Shown here: positions 14,429 through 25,400 of the stretch, one piece after another
Layout: every line of letters begins with the position of its first letter
How positions within the stretch are numbered: position 1 is the first letter of the stretch
DNA from: Paracoccaceae bacterium
GTDB taxonomy: Bacteria; Pseudomonadota; Alphaproteobacteria; Rhodobacterales; Rhodobacteraceae
Direction: 5' to 3'
DNA: 64,000 nucleotides
NCBI GenBank assembly: GCA_035324325.1
Contig: DAOLBY010000001.1
Location: forward strand, 4,453-68,452
Translations under genes and position numbers: made by a program
The notes under the pieces: generated by a model
Told to the model about the DNA's origin: nothing
Database searches by the model: none
What the model saw: only the letters and a program-made list of their open reading frames with translations

Positions 14429-15268
14429 TCAGATCCCCATCCGGCGCAGCCGGTGGCCGATCCGCCGGTAGAGGGCGGGGGGCAGGATGTCCCGCAGCCG
14501 GGCGTGCCGGGCTTCCTGGCGGTCCGCCTGGTCGGCGGTGCCGGGGCGCGGCTTGAACAGCGTCGAATGCGCCTTGCGCGTCGAATCCCAGGTCGCGGTG
14601 TAGTAGTAGAGCGCGATCGACATCCGCGGCTCGCCGTCGGGATGGGCCACCGGCTGGGGATTGCCGTGCCAGGTGTCCGAGGCGGTGCTGAAGCAGACCA
14701 TGCGGTTGAAGATCGGCACGAAGCTTGCGACCTTCTCGGTCATGCCGGTGTTCCAGATCTCGAAGGACCCGCCCCACTCCTCCTTCCAGTCGGGGTTCAG
14801 ATAGATCAGCACGTTGAGCCGGCGCTCGAGGTTCAGCTTGCCGTGGTGGTTGAAGTCGGCGTGGATGTCGAGGTGGCCGCCGTTGGACACCACATGGATC
14901 CCGCCGCCGGAGTAGTAGGGGTCGGGGATCAGCCCGTCGATCCCGGTCATCTCCTCGAGGAAGGCCAGGAAGGCGCGCGAGTTCAGCGCATGGAAGACGC
15001 TGCGCGTGTAGGGCGGCAGCCGTTCGGGCATGTAGGCGGTCTTGAGCTTCTCCTGCGGGCGGTTGAAGAAGCTCTCCGCCTCGGGCAGTTCGCGCAGTTC
15101 GGCGCGCACGCGCTCGAGAATCTCGGGCGGCAGGAAATTGTCGAAGCAGCCGTGCGGATAGGGCTTGCGCGCGCGGTAGGCCTCGCCGGCCGCCCGCCCG
15201 ACCTCGCGTGCCGCCTCGATCGGGAAGACCAGGTTCCGGGGGTCGATCGTCATGACGGGGTCTGGCAT
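14429..15268 (-). CDS. 2OG-Fe(II) oxygenase superfamily protein (prolyl-4-hydroxylase-like fold)
   Basis: ATG 15268..15266 (MPDPVMTIDPRN...). Has an HxD...H iron triad context (GGHLDIHADFN ... SDTWHGNP) and GGSFEIW. No signal peptide. Confidence 0.75.
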   Translation of the reverse strand: MPDPVMTIDPRNLVFPIEAAREVGRAAGEAYRARKPYPHGCFDNFLPPEILERVRAELRELPEAESFFNRPQEKLKTAYMPERLPPYTRSVFHALNSRAFLAFLEEMTGIDGLIPDPYYSGGGIHVVSNGGHLDIHADFNHHGKLNLERRLNVLIYLNPDWKEEWGGSFEIWNTGMTEKVASFVPIFNRMVCFSTASDTWHGNPQPVAHPDGEPRMSIALYYYTATWDSTRKAHSTLFKPRPGTADQADRQEARHARLRDILPPALYRRIGHRLRRMGI

Positions 15269-15489
15269 CGGGTCCTCGTGAGGCGCGCGCGGGCGGTGGC
15301 GCGCGGTGGGGGATGGGGTCTGTTCACCGGCCTGCCCGCCGGTCCGCGGCAGGGAGCCGCCACGGCGGCGGATCAAACCGCCGGAAGGTGGAAATTTCAA
15401 GGCGGCGCGCTGTCGCCCCGGTGCCGCCGCCTGCGGGACACCGCGGGCCGGACCGCCCCTGCGGCGGGCCGGGCCTGGTCGAACCTTGC

Positions 15490-15680
15490 CGGCACGCTCC
15501 AGAGCACATGGCCGGAGGCCAGCTGGCGCTCCGTCGCCCCGGCCGCCCCGAGAAGGGTGCCGGCATCGGCCGGGCCCCCCACGGGGGGAAGGACGATCAG
15601 CCGCACGTCCAGGTCCCGGATCGCCGCCAGCAGATCCGCGTCCGGCGCGTCGGTGCCGCCCGAGCGGCTCGCGCCCCAGC
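15490..15680 (-). pseudogene. Relic 3' end of a second copy of the GT-C-like membrane protein gene
   Basis: Translates to ...DAPDADLLAAIRDLDVRLIVLPPVGGPADAGTLLGAAGATERQLASGHVLWSVP. The intact gene ends ...DVPGADLLAAIRDLDVRLIVLPASDGPADADDLLRGVGATRTETPPGYVLWKLP (16800-17000). DNA at ~15597-15649 is identical to ~16922-16974. Confidence 0.7.
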
Positions 15681-15776
15681 GGCCAGAAGCAGGCTTTCGA
15701 TCGCCGCCCATTCGATGGTGCCTGACACCGGATCGGTGAAGACGGCGGCAAGGGCCTTGCGGTGCTTGCTGTTCAT
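15672..15776 (-). pseudogene. Truncated HicA-family toxin gene (N-terminal ~35 codons only)
   Basis: ATG 15776..15774. MNSKHRKALAAVFTDPVSGTIEWAAIESLLLAAG matches the conserved HicA/YcfA N-terminus. The frame then runs into the relic above. No HicB partner is present. Confidence 0.6.
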
Positions 15777-15829
15777 CGGGGCAAGGCAGAGACTGCTAGC
15801 GAAAACTGCAAGCATGATGGCGGTGCAGC

Positions 15830-16075
15830 CTAAGATGACGCCAAGACAAGGAGCGTGGGCTGCACGCCATATTCGGCGACCAGCTCCGATACCGTGCGCT
15901 CGCCCTTCACGGCTTCCAGAGTCACGCGAGCCTTGAAGCCCGCGTCATGGTTCCTGCGTTTCTTCATGCTCTGATCTCCCCGGTCTTGGAGACCCGCAGA
16001 CGTCAGATCGTAGCTTCCGTCACCGTCCGACTTTCGGGGGTGGCTCACCCAGCCAGCCGGAGTTTGAAGACACAC
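15830..16075 (-). mobile_element. IS3-family insertion sequence fragment (5' end plus first ~38 codons of orfA)
   Basis: ATG 15967..15965. MKKRRNHDAGFKARVTLEAVKGERTVSELVAEYGVQPT is the typical IS3-family OrfA HTH N-terminus, then it breaks off. No orfB and no second end. GC is lower than the flanks. Confidence 0.65.
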
Positions 16076-16085
16076 GCCCGGCCCC

Positions 16086-16781
16086 TCATAGGTAGCAGTT
16101 CACGCCATAAATCAGATTGACGTCGGGCACGGGTATGCGGAGCGGCCACCACCGTTCCGAGCGATCAGGGAAATGATGCGCGATGATGCTGCGCAGATTG
16201 AAGATCGCATTCACATGCTCCACGGCCATGTAGTAGTCGTACGGCAGACCGGCTTTACGGGCAGTTCGGCGCGGACCCAGCATCCGGCCAAATCTCCAAG
16301 CCAGTCCAGGGTCGCACGGCAAGATCAACGACACGACGCCGCCGGGACGTACAACTCGCACCCATTCCTCGAGAACCGCAACGGGTGAGGGCAGATGCTC
16401 CAGGACATGGGTGGCGATAACGCGGTCTACGCTGTTGTCCGGAAAGGGCAGGCTGGAGCCGGTTAGGTGTTGAATGTCTATGCGCGCATCCCAGTTGCGC
16501 GCCTTGAGCCAATCAATGACCTTGGCGTCGTGGTCGCTCGCGATGTAGCGCGAGAAACCGTGGCGGACCGCGGAGAAATGCGCCATGGTGCCGACGCCAA
16601 GTTCAAGCACCGTATCATAATGCGCCGCCAGACGCGTGTCGGCTTCAATTATGCTGTGGGTGTTTTTCAGGATCCGCCCGCTCAGCGTTTTCCCATAGTT
16701 TGCAGCCTCGTAATTCTCGAGCCAGAGAGTCTCATATTGCGCCCATGAACCCGGCGTCTCGAATTTCTTCTGCTTCGTCAT
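16086..16781 (-). CDS. Class I SAM-dependent methyltransferase
   Basis: 231-aa ORF. Motif I is VLELGVGTM. Also DNSVDRVIATHVLEHL and VVRPGGVVSL. Its ATGA overlaps the stop of the upstream GT-C-like gene. GC is markedly lower (about mid-50s%) than the surrounding ~70%. Confidence 0.85.
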   Translation of the reverse strand: MTKQKKFETPGSWAQYETLWLENYEAANYGKTLSGRILKNTHSIIEADTRLAAHYDTVLELGVGTMAHFSAVRHGFSRYIASDHDAKVIDWLKARNWDARIDIQHLTGSSLPFPDNSVDRVIATHVLEHLPSPVAVLEEWVRVVRPGGVVSLILPCDPGLAWRFGRMLGPRRTARKAGLPYDYYMAVEHVNAIFNLRSIIAHHFPDRSERWWPLRIPVPDVNLIYGVNCYL

Positions 16782-18781
16782 GGCCCCTTTTCCTCGGAGT
16801 CGGCAGCTTCTTCAGGAAGCTTCCAGAGCACGTAGCCGGGTGGCGTCTCCGTCCGTGTGGCCCCAACCCCCCTGAGTAGATCATCGGCATCGGCCGGCCC
16901 GTCGCTGGCGGGCAGCACGATCAGCCGCACGTCCAGGTCCCGGATCGCCGCCAGCAGATCCGCGCCCGGCACATCGGCGGCCCCGGTCACCCACTCCGCC
17001 AGAAGCCGGCGGGGCGCGAGCCGCTCGGGCGGCACCAGCGCAGCGGCCTGATCGAGATACAGCGCCCGGCTGAACACCAGCGCCGGATGCCCCTCGCGCC
17101 CCGGGAGCCAGGCGGCAATCGCCTCGGGGGCAAGGACGGTCCCCGCCTCGGGCGCGACCGCCAGGATCTCCCGGACGATCGGTTCCGCCTGCGGCGGGAC
17201 CTTGTGGATCGACGGGCGCAGGGCGGTCTCTTCCATTCCGATCAGCCCCGAGGGCAGCAGCGACATCGCGGCAAGGCCCAGGGCCGCGACGGTTCCGCCG
17301 GTGCGCGGCCGGCCGCTGCGGACCGCGGCCCAGGTCAGGGCCGCCGCAAGGAATGTCGGCACGGGCAGCGCCCACCAGATGCGGAAGTTCAGCCCGCCGG
17401 TCACGTACCGGTCATAGGCCGCCCAGAGCAGGGGGTTGATCGCGACGATCATCAGCACGGCGAGATAGGCGGCGATCCACCGGCCCCCGGGTCCGGTCCT
17501 GCCCGCCAGCACCGCGGCGGCGATGGTGGCCAGAAGCAGGGCGAGCGTGGGCTTCTGGGCCGCCATGCTCCAGAAGCCGAGATCGGCCGAGACGGCTCCC
17601 CCGCCGCCATCGCTCGCGCTCAGCGGCCTGTCGAAGAGCAGGAGCGAGAGTCCCGCCGCCACCGGCACCGCCGCGGCCGCGAGCAGGACGACCCGCCGCC
17701 CTGCGCCGTCCGGCCAGGCGAGCTGCCCCGCCACGACCGCCGCAAGCAGCGCCAGCGGGGCAAGGTAGATCGCGTTGGCGGTCAGGCCGACCGCCGCCGT
17801 GCAGAGGCCGGACAGCGCCGCAAGCAGCGGCACGAGACCGCCGTGCCGGGCCGAACCCCGCGCCACCAGGAAGACCGTCAGCGGAACGAGGATCAGGATC
17901 AGCGGCGCCTTGCCGTGGAACATCCGCCCGATCCCGTGCACGCCCCAGGTCTGCAGATTCCCCGCCAGCGCCATCGGGGCGAGCACGGCGAGAAGCGCGA
18001 AGACGAGCCAGTGCCTGCCGAACATCCCGTGGCCCATCACCGCCAGGGCGCAGGCCCAGGCCCCGCACCAGACGACCGGCAGGAGCAGGTGGGCCACGGT
18101 GATGACCGGGAACCCCGTCAGCCAGGAAATCGCCGCCGTCAGGGTGGGCAGGGATTCGGCCCGGTAGTTCGAACCGAGAAGGGGCCAGTCCGCCGCGCCG
18201 TGCATCGTGTCGGCCGCCATCATGCAGCCCTGCCCGGACAGCAGGCCGATCGGCAGGTTGAGATAGAAGGCATCGTCCGAGTCGGGCCGCAGGACGAGGA
18301 TGTAGACCGCGACGATGCCGAGGCCGAGCAGGACGAGCCCGGCCCATGCCGCGCCGGGGCGGGACGCGGCTGCGGGCGGCCGGCAGGTCACGGGTTCGTT
18401 GCGCTCGGCCAGGGTGGCCAGCGCGAGCAGGACGGTGATGCCCCAGAGCGGCAGGGCATCGGAGGTCGGCACGAAGGCCAGCGCCGCAAGGGCAAAGGCC
18501 GCCAGGCCGCCTGCCCAGAGCCAGGCCCGGCTTCCGCGGGGCAGGCCGACCTGAAGGGGCAGTTTCGCCGGGGGCAGCAGGATCGGGGCCAGCGCCTTGC
18601 GGAGGGTCAGCAGCGCCCCCGCCGCCCCGAGCAGCCCGGACCCGAAGGCGAGCCAGAGCCATTCGACCCGCCCGCAGCCCAGGGTCAGCGGGATCGAGAC
18701 CAGCGACCAGCCCGCGAAGAAGCCCAGCCACAGCAGCAGCGCATCCAGCGCGGCCCGCAGGGCGCCGGGCACGCCGTTCAC
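16778..18781 (-). CDS. Large polytopic membrane protein, GT-C-fold glycosyltransferase-like (ArnT/GtrC functional analogue, tentative)
   Basis: GTG 18781..18779 forms a GTGA overlap with the upstream stop (VNGVPGALRAALDALLLWLGFF...). About 14 hydrophobic segments. An acidic first-loop motif RPDSDDAFYLN resembles the GT-C DxD/DDx loop. Soluble C-terminal domain. The upstream 106 codons of track ORF 16778..19099 overlap the EamA-like gene in another frame. Confidence 0.65.
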   Translation of the reverse strand: MNGVPGALRAALDALLLWLGFFAGWSLVSIPLTLGCGRVEWLWLAFGSGLLGAAGALLTLRKALAPILLPPAKLPLQVGLPRGSRAWLWAGGLAAFALAALAFVPTSDALPLWGITVLLALATLAERNEPVTCRPPAAASRPGAAWAGLVLLGLGIVAVYILVLRPDSDDAFYLNLPIGLLSGQGCMMAADTMHGAADWPLLGSNYRAESLPTLTAAISWLTGFPVITVAHLLLPVVWCGAWACALAVMGHGMFGRHWLVFALLAVLAPMALAGNLQTWGVHGIGRMFHGKAPLILILVPLTVFLVARGSARHGGLVPLLAALSGLCTAAVGLTANAIYLAPLALLAAVVAGQLAWPDGAGRRVVLLAAAAVPVAAGLSLLLFDRPLSASDGGGGAVSADLGFWSMAAQKPTLALLLATIAAAVLAGRTGPGGRWIAAYLAVLMIVAINPLLWAAYDRYVTGGLNFRIWWALPVPTFLAAALTWAAVRSGRPRTGGTVAALGLAAMSLLPSGLIGMEETALRPSIHKVPPQAEPIVREILAVAPEAGTVLAPEAIAAWLPGREGHPALVFSRALYLDQAAALVPPERLAPRRLLAEWVTGAADVPGADLLAAIRDLDVRLIVLPASDGPADADDLLRGVGATRTETPPGYVLWKLPEEAADSEEKGP

Positions 18782-19134
18782 TGGCGCGCCCCGAGGATGA
18801 TCACCAGACCGCAGATGATGAAGGCCGATCCCAGGAGGTAGGTCGCCGAAAGCCGCTCGCCGAACAGCACGACGGCCGCGACCGGCACCAGCACGAAGGA
18901 GAGCGACGTGAACATGTAGGCATAGGCGAGCGACAGGTCCCGCAGGGCCAGCACCCACAGCGCGGTGGCGGCGGCATAGATGCCGAGCGCAGTCCCGAAG
19001 ATCGCGATGGTCCGCCAGTCGCCGAGGAGGGCGGCGACCGGCAGGCCCTGGATGCGGTCCGCCGTCATCTTGAAGAGAATCTGGCCGGCGGCGATGCACA
19101 GCACGGCAAGCAGCACCAGAAGGAGGGGCGGCAT
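18778..19134 (-). CDS. Small 4-TM EamA/SMR-like membrane protein (ArnE/ArnF- or GtrA-like flippase candidate)
   Basis: ATG 19134..19132. 118 aa, MPPLLLVLLAVLCIAAGQILFKM...FIICGLVIILGARQ. Size and hydrophobicity fit the small polyprenyl-P-sugar flippase subunits. Confidence 0.7.
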   Translation of the reverse strand: MPPLLLVLLAVLCIAAGQILFKMTADRIQGLPVAALLGDWRTIAIFGTALGIYAAATALWVLALRDLSLAYAYMFTSLSFVLVPVAAVVLFGERLSATYLLGSAFIICGLVIILGARQ

Positions 19135-19136
19135 GA

Positions 19137-20192
19137 TCAGGGGTCTCCGCCGCCGGCGGCCGTCGCGTGGCGCCGCTCCGGACCCGGGCGCAGGTCGGGC
19201 CCGAGCGCGGGAAGATGGACGCGCTGCTGCAGCGGACGCTTCGGCTCCGAGGCGATGTCGCTGCTGAAGAAGAAGAGCAGCATCTGCAGCCCGGCGATGA
19301 TCGGCATCGCCGCGAGCATGACGGTGCCCGTCGTCGCCGGCACCCCGCTGCGCAGCGAGACCCACCATTCCACCGCCCCGAACAGGGTTCCGAAGACGAA
19401 CAGTGCCAGTCCGATCACCAGGTTGAGCGATGCGAAACTGAAGTCCCGCAGGAAATACTGGTAGACGATCCGGCGCAGGACCGCCTTGAGGTGCTTCCCG
19501 AGGAACTCGCCCAGGATCTGCCTGATCTTCAGTCCGCTCACCTCGTCGCCATAGACCGCGCGCATCGGCACGTCGACGACCACCGCCCGGACCTCGCCCA
19601 GCCGGATCAGCATGTCGGTCTCGAAGAAGTACCGCTCCGACAGGGTGGAGAGGTCGAGCGCCGCCAGCGCCCGGCAATGGACCGCGGTATAGCCGTTGGT
19701 GGGATCGAACACGCTCCAGTAGCCGCTGGACAGCTTGGTCAGGAAACTGAGCACGGCATTGCCGAACAGCCGCACGCGGGGCATCCCGCGCACCGCCGTG
19801 ACCGAGAAGAACCGGTTGCCCTTGGCATAATCGGCCTCGCCCGCCGCGACCGGGGCCGCGAAACGGGGAATGAGCGCGGGATCCATCTGCCCGTCCCCGT
19901 CGACCTTCACGACGATGTCGAGACCTTCCTCGATGGCAGCCCGGTAGCCGGTGACCACGGCACCGCCGACGCCCTTGTTGCGCTCGTGGCGCAGCACGCG
20001 CACCCGCGGATCGGTCACGTTCCGCTCGATGAAGTCCCCCGACCCCTCCGGGCAGCAGTCGTCCACGGCGAATATGCGCGACACTTCCGGCCCGATGCCG
20101 GCCAGGACGGCAAGCACATGCCTGGTGACACGGTAGCAGGGCACCACGACCGCAATGCGCACCGGGCGCGGCATCGGGGCCCTGTCCGTCAT
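19137..20192 (-). CDS. GT2 polyprenyl-phosphate glycosyltransferase (ArnC/GtrB/DPM1-like)
   Basis: ATG 20192..20190 (MTDRAPMPRPVRIAVVVPCYRV...). Motifs AVDDCCPEGSG, NKGVGGAV and VKVDGDGQMD. Two C-terminal TM helices, as in GtrB/ArnC. Confidence 0.8.
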   Translation of the reverse strand: MTDRAPMPRPVRIAVVVPCYRVTRHVLAVLAGIGPEVSRIFAVDDCCPEGSGDFIERNVTDPRVRVLRHERNKGVGGAVVTGYRAAIEEGLDIVVKVDGDGQMDPALIPRFAAPVAAGEADYAKGNRFFSVTAVRGMPRVRLFGNAVLSFLTKLSSGYWSVFDPTNGYTAVHCRALAALDLSTLSERYFFETDMLIRLGEVRAVVVDVPMRAVYGDEVSGLKIRQILGEFLGKHLKAVLRRIVYQYFLRDFSFASLNLVIGLALFVFGTLFGAVEWWVSLRSGVPATTGTVMLAAMPIIAGLQMLLFFFSSDIASEPKRPLQQRVHLPALGPDLRPGPERRHATAAGGGDP

Positions 20193-20582
20193 GCCGTGAA
20201 CCCCGGGCGGACGGGCGGGCCCCCGGTCAGCGCCGCCACCCGACCCGCGACAGCCCCGCAGGCGTCCGGTGTCCGGGGAAGGTTGCGGGTTCCGGGCGCG
20301 GTCAAGGCCATCACCTGCCTGCGGGCAGCCCTTGCGGGGATCGCCCTGCGGTCCCGAAGCGCCGACCGCACCCGCGTGAACGGCCGGCACGGCGCGATGG
20401 CTGGAACGGGACGGACAAGGTCATCCTCGCAGGAATAGGACTCTGGAATCGCTGTGAGTTCCAAGCCTGCCGTGTCTAGCGCATCGACGGTGCAAATGCC
20501 ACCGGAACCGCGCGGAGCGGCCGCTCCGGCCGGGCCTCTCATCGGCGGCACGGGACCGGCGGCCCGCGGCGAGGTCAGGGCC

Positions 20583-22388
<1,806 letters not shown>

Positions 22389-22477
22389 GCGGACAGATCC
22401 TCAGCATCCGGCCCGGCGGCCGGCCCGGGCCGGGCCAGCACTAGGCAGCGGCGGCGGCGGCGTCAACCGCAGATGCC

Positions 22478-25400
22478 TCAGAGATCCCAGACCTCGACCG
22501 TGACCGTCGCCCGGGTATAGTTGCCCATGTCGTCGGCAGCCCAGTAGTGGAAGCTGTCGGTGCCGGTGAAGCCGTGGTTCGGCCGGTAGAGCAGCGTCCC
22601 GTCCGCCTGCTGGAAGACATCGCCGTTGCCCGGATCGGTGAAACCGTCCACGGCCAGGTGGCGGTTCTCGGGATCGCGGTCGTTGGCCAGCACGTCGATC
22701 AGCACGTCGAGCCCCGCGACGGTGGCGGCGAAGTCGTTCTGGACGACGGGCGCGGCATTGCCCGGATCATAGCGCCCGTTGTGGGGGACGCCCCAGCTGT
22801 TCAGGTCCCCGTCGGAGATGTTGAGCGTGACCAGGTAGCTGAATTTCAGGAGTTCGCCCGTCGCCCGGTCGGCGACGAGATCGGGGATCAGCGCCACCTT
22901 CCGGCCATCGGCCAGCGTGTAATAGCCCGTCGACCGCAGGAGATCGGGCACCTCCCAGCGATAGATCGTCTGCGGTTCCCATGCCATCTGCCTGGAGGTA
23001 CTCCCGAGCGAGTCGGTCTTGGTGCCGGAGAGCACGAGATCCTGATGGACTGCGAGGGTGACGCTGCCCTGGACGAAGCCCAGCCTGCCCTCGACCAGGT
23101 CGTCCGAACTCATGATCTGGTGGCGGGCGGCGTTGAACCCCTGATAGGCGGTGCCGACACCGGTCATCTCGACATCGATGAGGACGATGCCGAACTGGTT
23201 GTCGGGCACGAAGAAGGTCGGCTGGCGGGAAACGTCGACGCCGGTCCGGAAGCCGTCGATGCTCAGACCGTTCATCACCATGCCGAAGGCATTGCTGCCC
23301 AGGACGAGACCGGCCTGCGCCTCGAACCAGCCGCCGCTGCGGGTGCCGATCAGGTCGAAGTCGAGCATCGTGTAGTGCCCGGTATAGCTGATGTCGGTGC
23401 CCTGGCGGGTCTCCCAGTTCAGGAACCCGTCGAGGACCGTGCGGACGTCGTGGTATTGCGCCGCCACCCCCTTGATGACGATCAGCCCGATCTCGGTTCC
23501 GAAGGCCTCGTTGTCGCGGAAGCCCTGGATCGGCGCCTGGTTGACGGTCACCGTACTTCCGCCATAGCCGATCTCGGGATGGTCGAGGTTCGCCGTCAGC
23601 GGATTGGTCGGGGCCGAGCGGTGCATCCAGACATAGCCATGCGTGGTGTTGACGGCGACGTTCTCGGCCGCCTCGACCAGGCGTCCGGCGAAGAAGAAGC
23701 CGTCGCCGGTGCGGCCGTTGTCGTGGCGTGGCAGGTCATTGGCATGCTTGACCTCCCATTCCCCCCAGCCGATCCCTTCCGAACGGATCGCCATGTTGCG
23801 CAGCCAGATGCCGGTCTCGTCGCCGTCCTCGGCGGCGAAGGCGGCGCCGAAGACGTCGAAGGCCACGTTCTCGATGAAGTCGGCATGGCTCGAATGGTGC
23901 ACGAAGCCCCAGCCGGGCGCGCCCGAGACCGTGTTGCCGAGCGCGATCGCCGGGTTCTCCTGGTCGAGCGTGCCGGTCTTGTGGAAGTGGAAGGAATAGC
24001 GGCCCTTGATGTTGCTGTCGGCCGAGACCGACGAGAGCGCGCCGAGATCGAAGGCCGGGCGTGACTTGTCGGTGCGGCCGAGATCGTCGAAGGCGGCATA
24101 GCGCACGTCGACATCGTCGCTGTGCATGAACATCACGTGGCCGCGGTGATGCACCGCGGTGTCGGCGCCGTTCTCGCTCGCGAAGGTGATGTTGCGCGTC
24201 ATGTTGGCGACATAGGCGAAGAGGTCGTCGCGCGGCGTGTCGTGGTTGTGGACCAGCGCGCGGTCGAGCGTCACCGTGCCGCCGTTGATGGCGACGATCC
24301 GCACCTCCTCGTCCTGGCTCTCGTGATGGACGACCCGGCGCAGCGTGTTGTCCCAGGCCCAGCCGGTCTTGTGCGTGCCGCTGACCACCAGCGTGTCGCC
24401 GACCTGCCAGCCGGTGGGCACCTCGGCCAGCGTGATCGTGGTGTCGCCGCGCATCGGGGCCTCGGCGACCTTGAGGAAGGCGGTCTTCTCGGCACCGTGG
24501 ATCTCCACCGCGCCATGCGAGACCAGCCCGCGCGAGACCAGCATCGGATCCCAGGCGACGTTGATGTTGCCGTTGTCGGCGAACAGGATCTGGACGTCGA
24601 CCCCGGCCTCGATCGGGCGGGCGGCGGTGCCGATCTCGAGCCGGCCGCTGGGCGCCACCACCATCGTGTCGATCACCAGCCGCGTGTCGCGGTCGGTGGC
24701 GAAGGACAGTTCGCCGTCGACCCGCAGGGTGAAGAGCGCGGCATCGCTCTCGCCGTCATAGGTCACCGAGATGCCCTCGGGGATCAGCGCCCGTGCGCCC
24801 TCGCCGGGGATCCGGCCCTGCCACCAGGTCGCCGGATCGAACCAGTCGCCGTCGGCGACGGCGACATGCGTGGCCTCCGCCCGCGGCACCAGCGACAGCA
24901 CCCGGATGTGTTCGTTGGCCATCGCCGCATTGTCGCCATGGGCATGGGTCTCGGGCTGCGCCATCACCGCGGCCACGAAGGCATCGGCCTCGGCCGGATC
25001 CATCGGCGGCGTCGGGCCGTGGTCGTGGCCGCCCCCCGTATCGCCCCCCGTATCGCCCCCCGTATCGCCGCCGCTGCCGCCGCTGCCGCCGTCGCCGGGC
25101 AGCGGGTCGGGGTCGTGGTCATGCCCGTCGCCGGGCAGCGGGTCGGGATCGCTGCCGCAGCCGCAGAGGCAGAGGCAGACGTTGCCGCCATCCTCCGGGC
25201 AGGGCCCCACCTCGCCGGCGTCGATCGGCCCGGCATGGCTGAGGCTCGGGACGCCGACCACGGCGCGCAGCCCGTCGCTGTCGGGCCCCTGCCATTCGAA
25301 GCGCAGGCTCTGGACGCCGAAGTTCTCGAAATAGCGGACCTCGACCTGGTGGGCGCCGGCCTCGAGATCGAGCGTGACCGCGCGTTCGACCGTGGCATGG

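Noticed and set aside
15672-15776. HicA toxin as part of a functional toxin-antitoxin (plasmid addiction) module.
   Set aside because: - Only the first ~35 codons match HicA.
- The reading frame then continues into an unrelated relic sequence.
- No HicB antitoxin gene is adjacent.
15830-16075. An active IS3-family insertion sequence.
   Set aside because: - Only the leader and about 38 codons of orfA remain.
- There is no orfB/DDE region, no frameshift window, and no second inverted repeat or target duplication that I could identify.
20514-20527. Perfect palindrome GGAGCGGCCGCTCC downstream of the ABC exporter as an intrinsic terminator.
   Set aside because: - No T-tract follows it on the transcribed (minus) strand.
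- A 14-bp GC palindrome containing a NotI-like core is not unusual at this GC content.
25040-25090. The GGSGGSGGDTGGDTGGDTGGG stretch of the PA14/G8 protein as RTX calcium-binding repeats.
   Set aside because: - It does not follow the nonapeptide GGxGxDxUx pattern.
- It is a short linker, not a C-proximal repeat block.
- The T1SS-cargo idea rests only on the missing signal peptide and the cadherin-like C-terminus.
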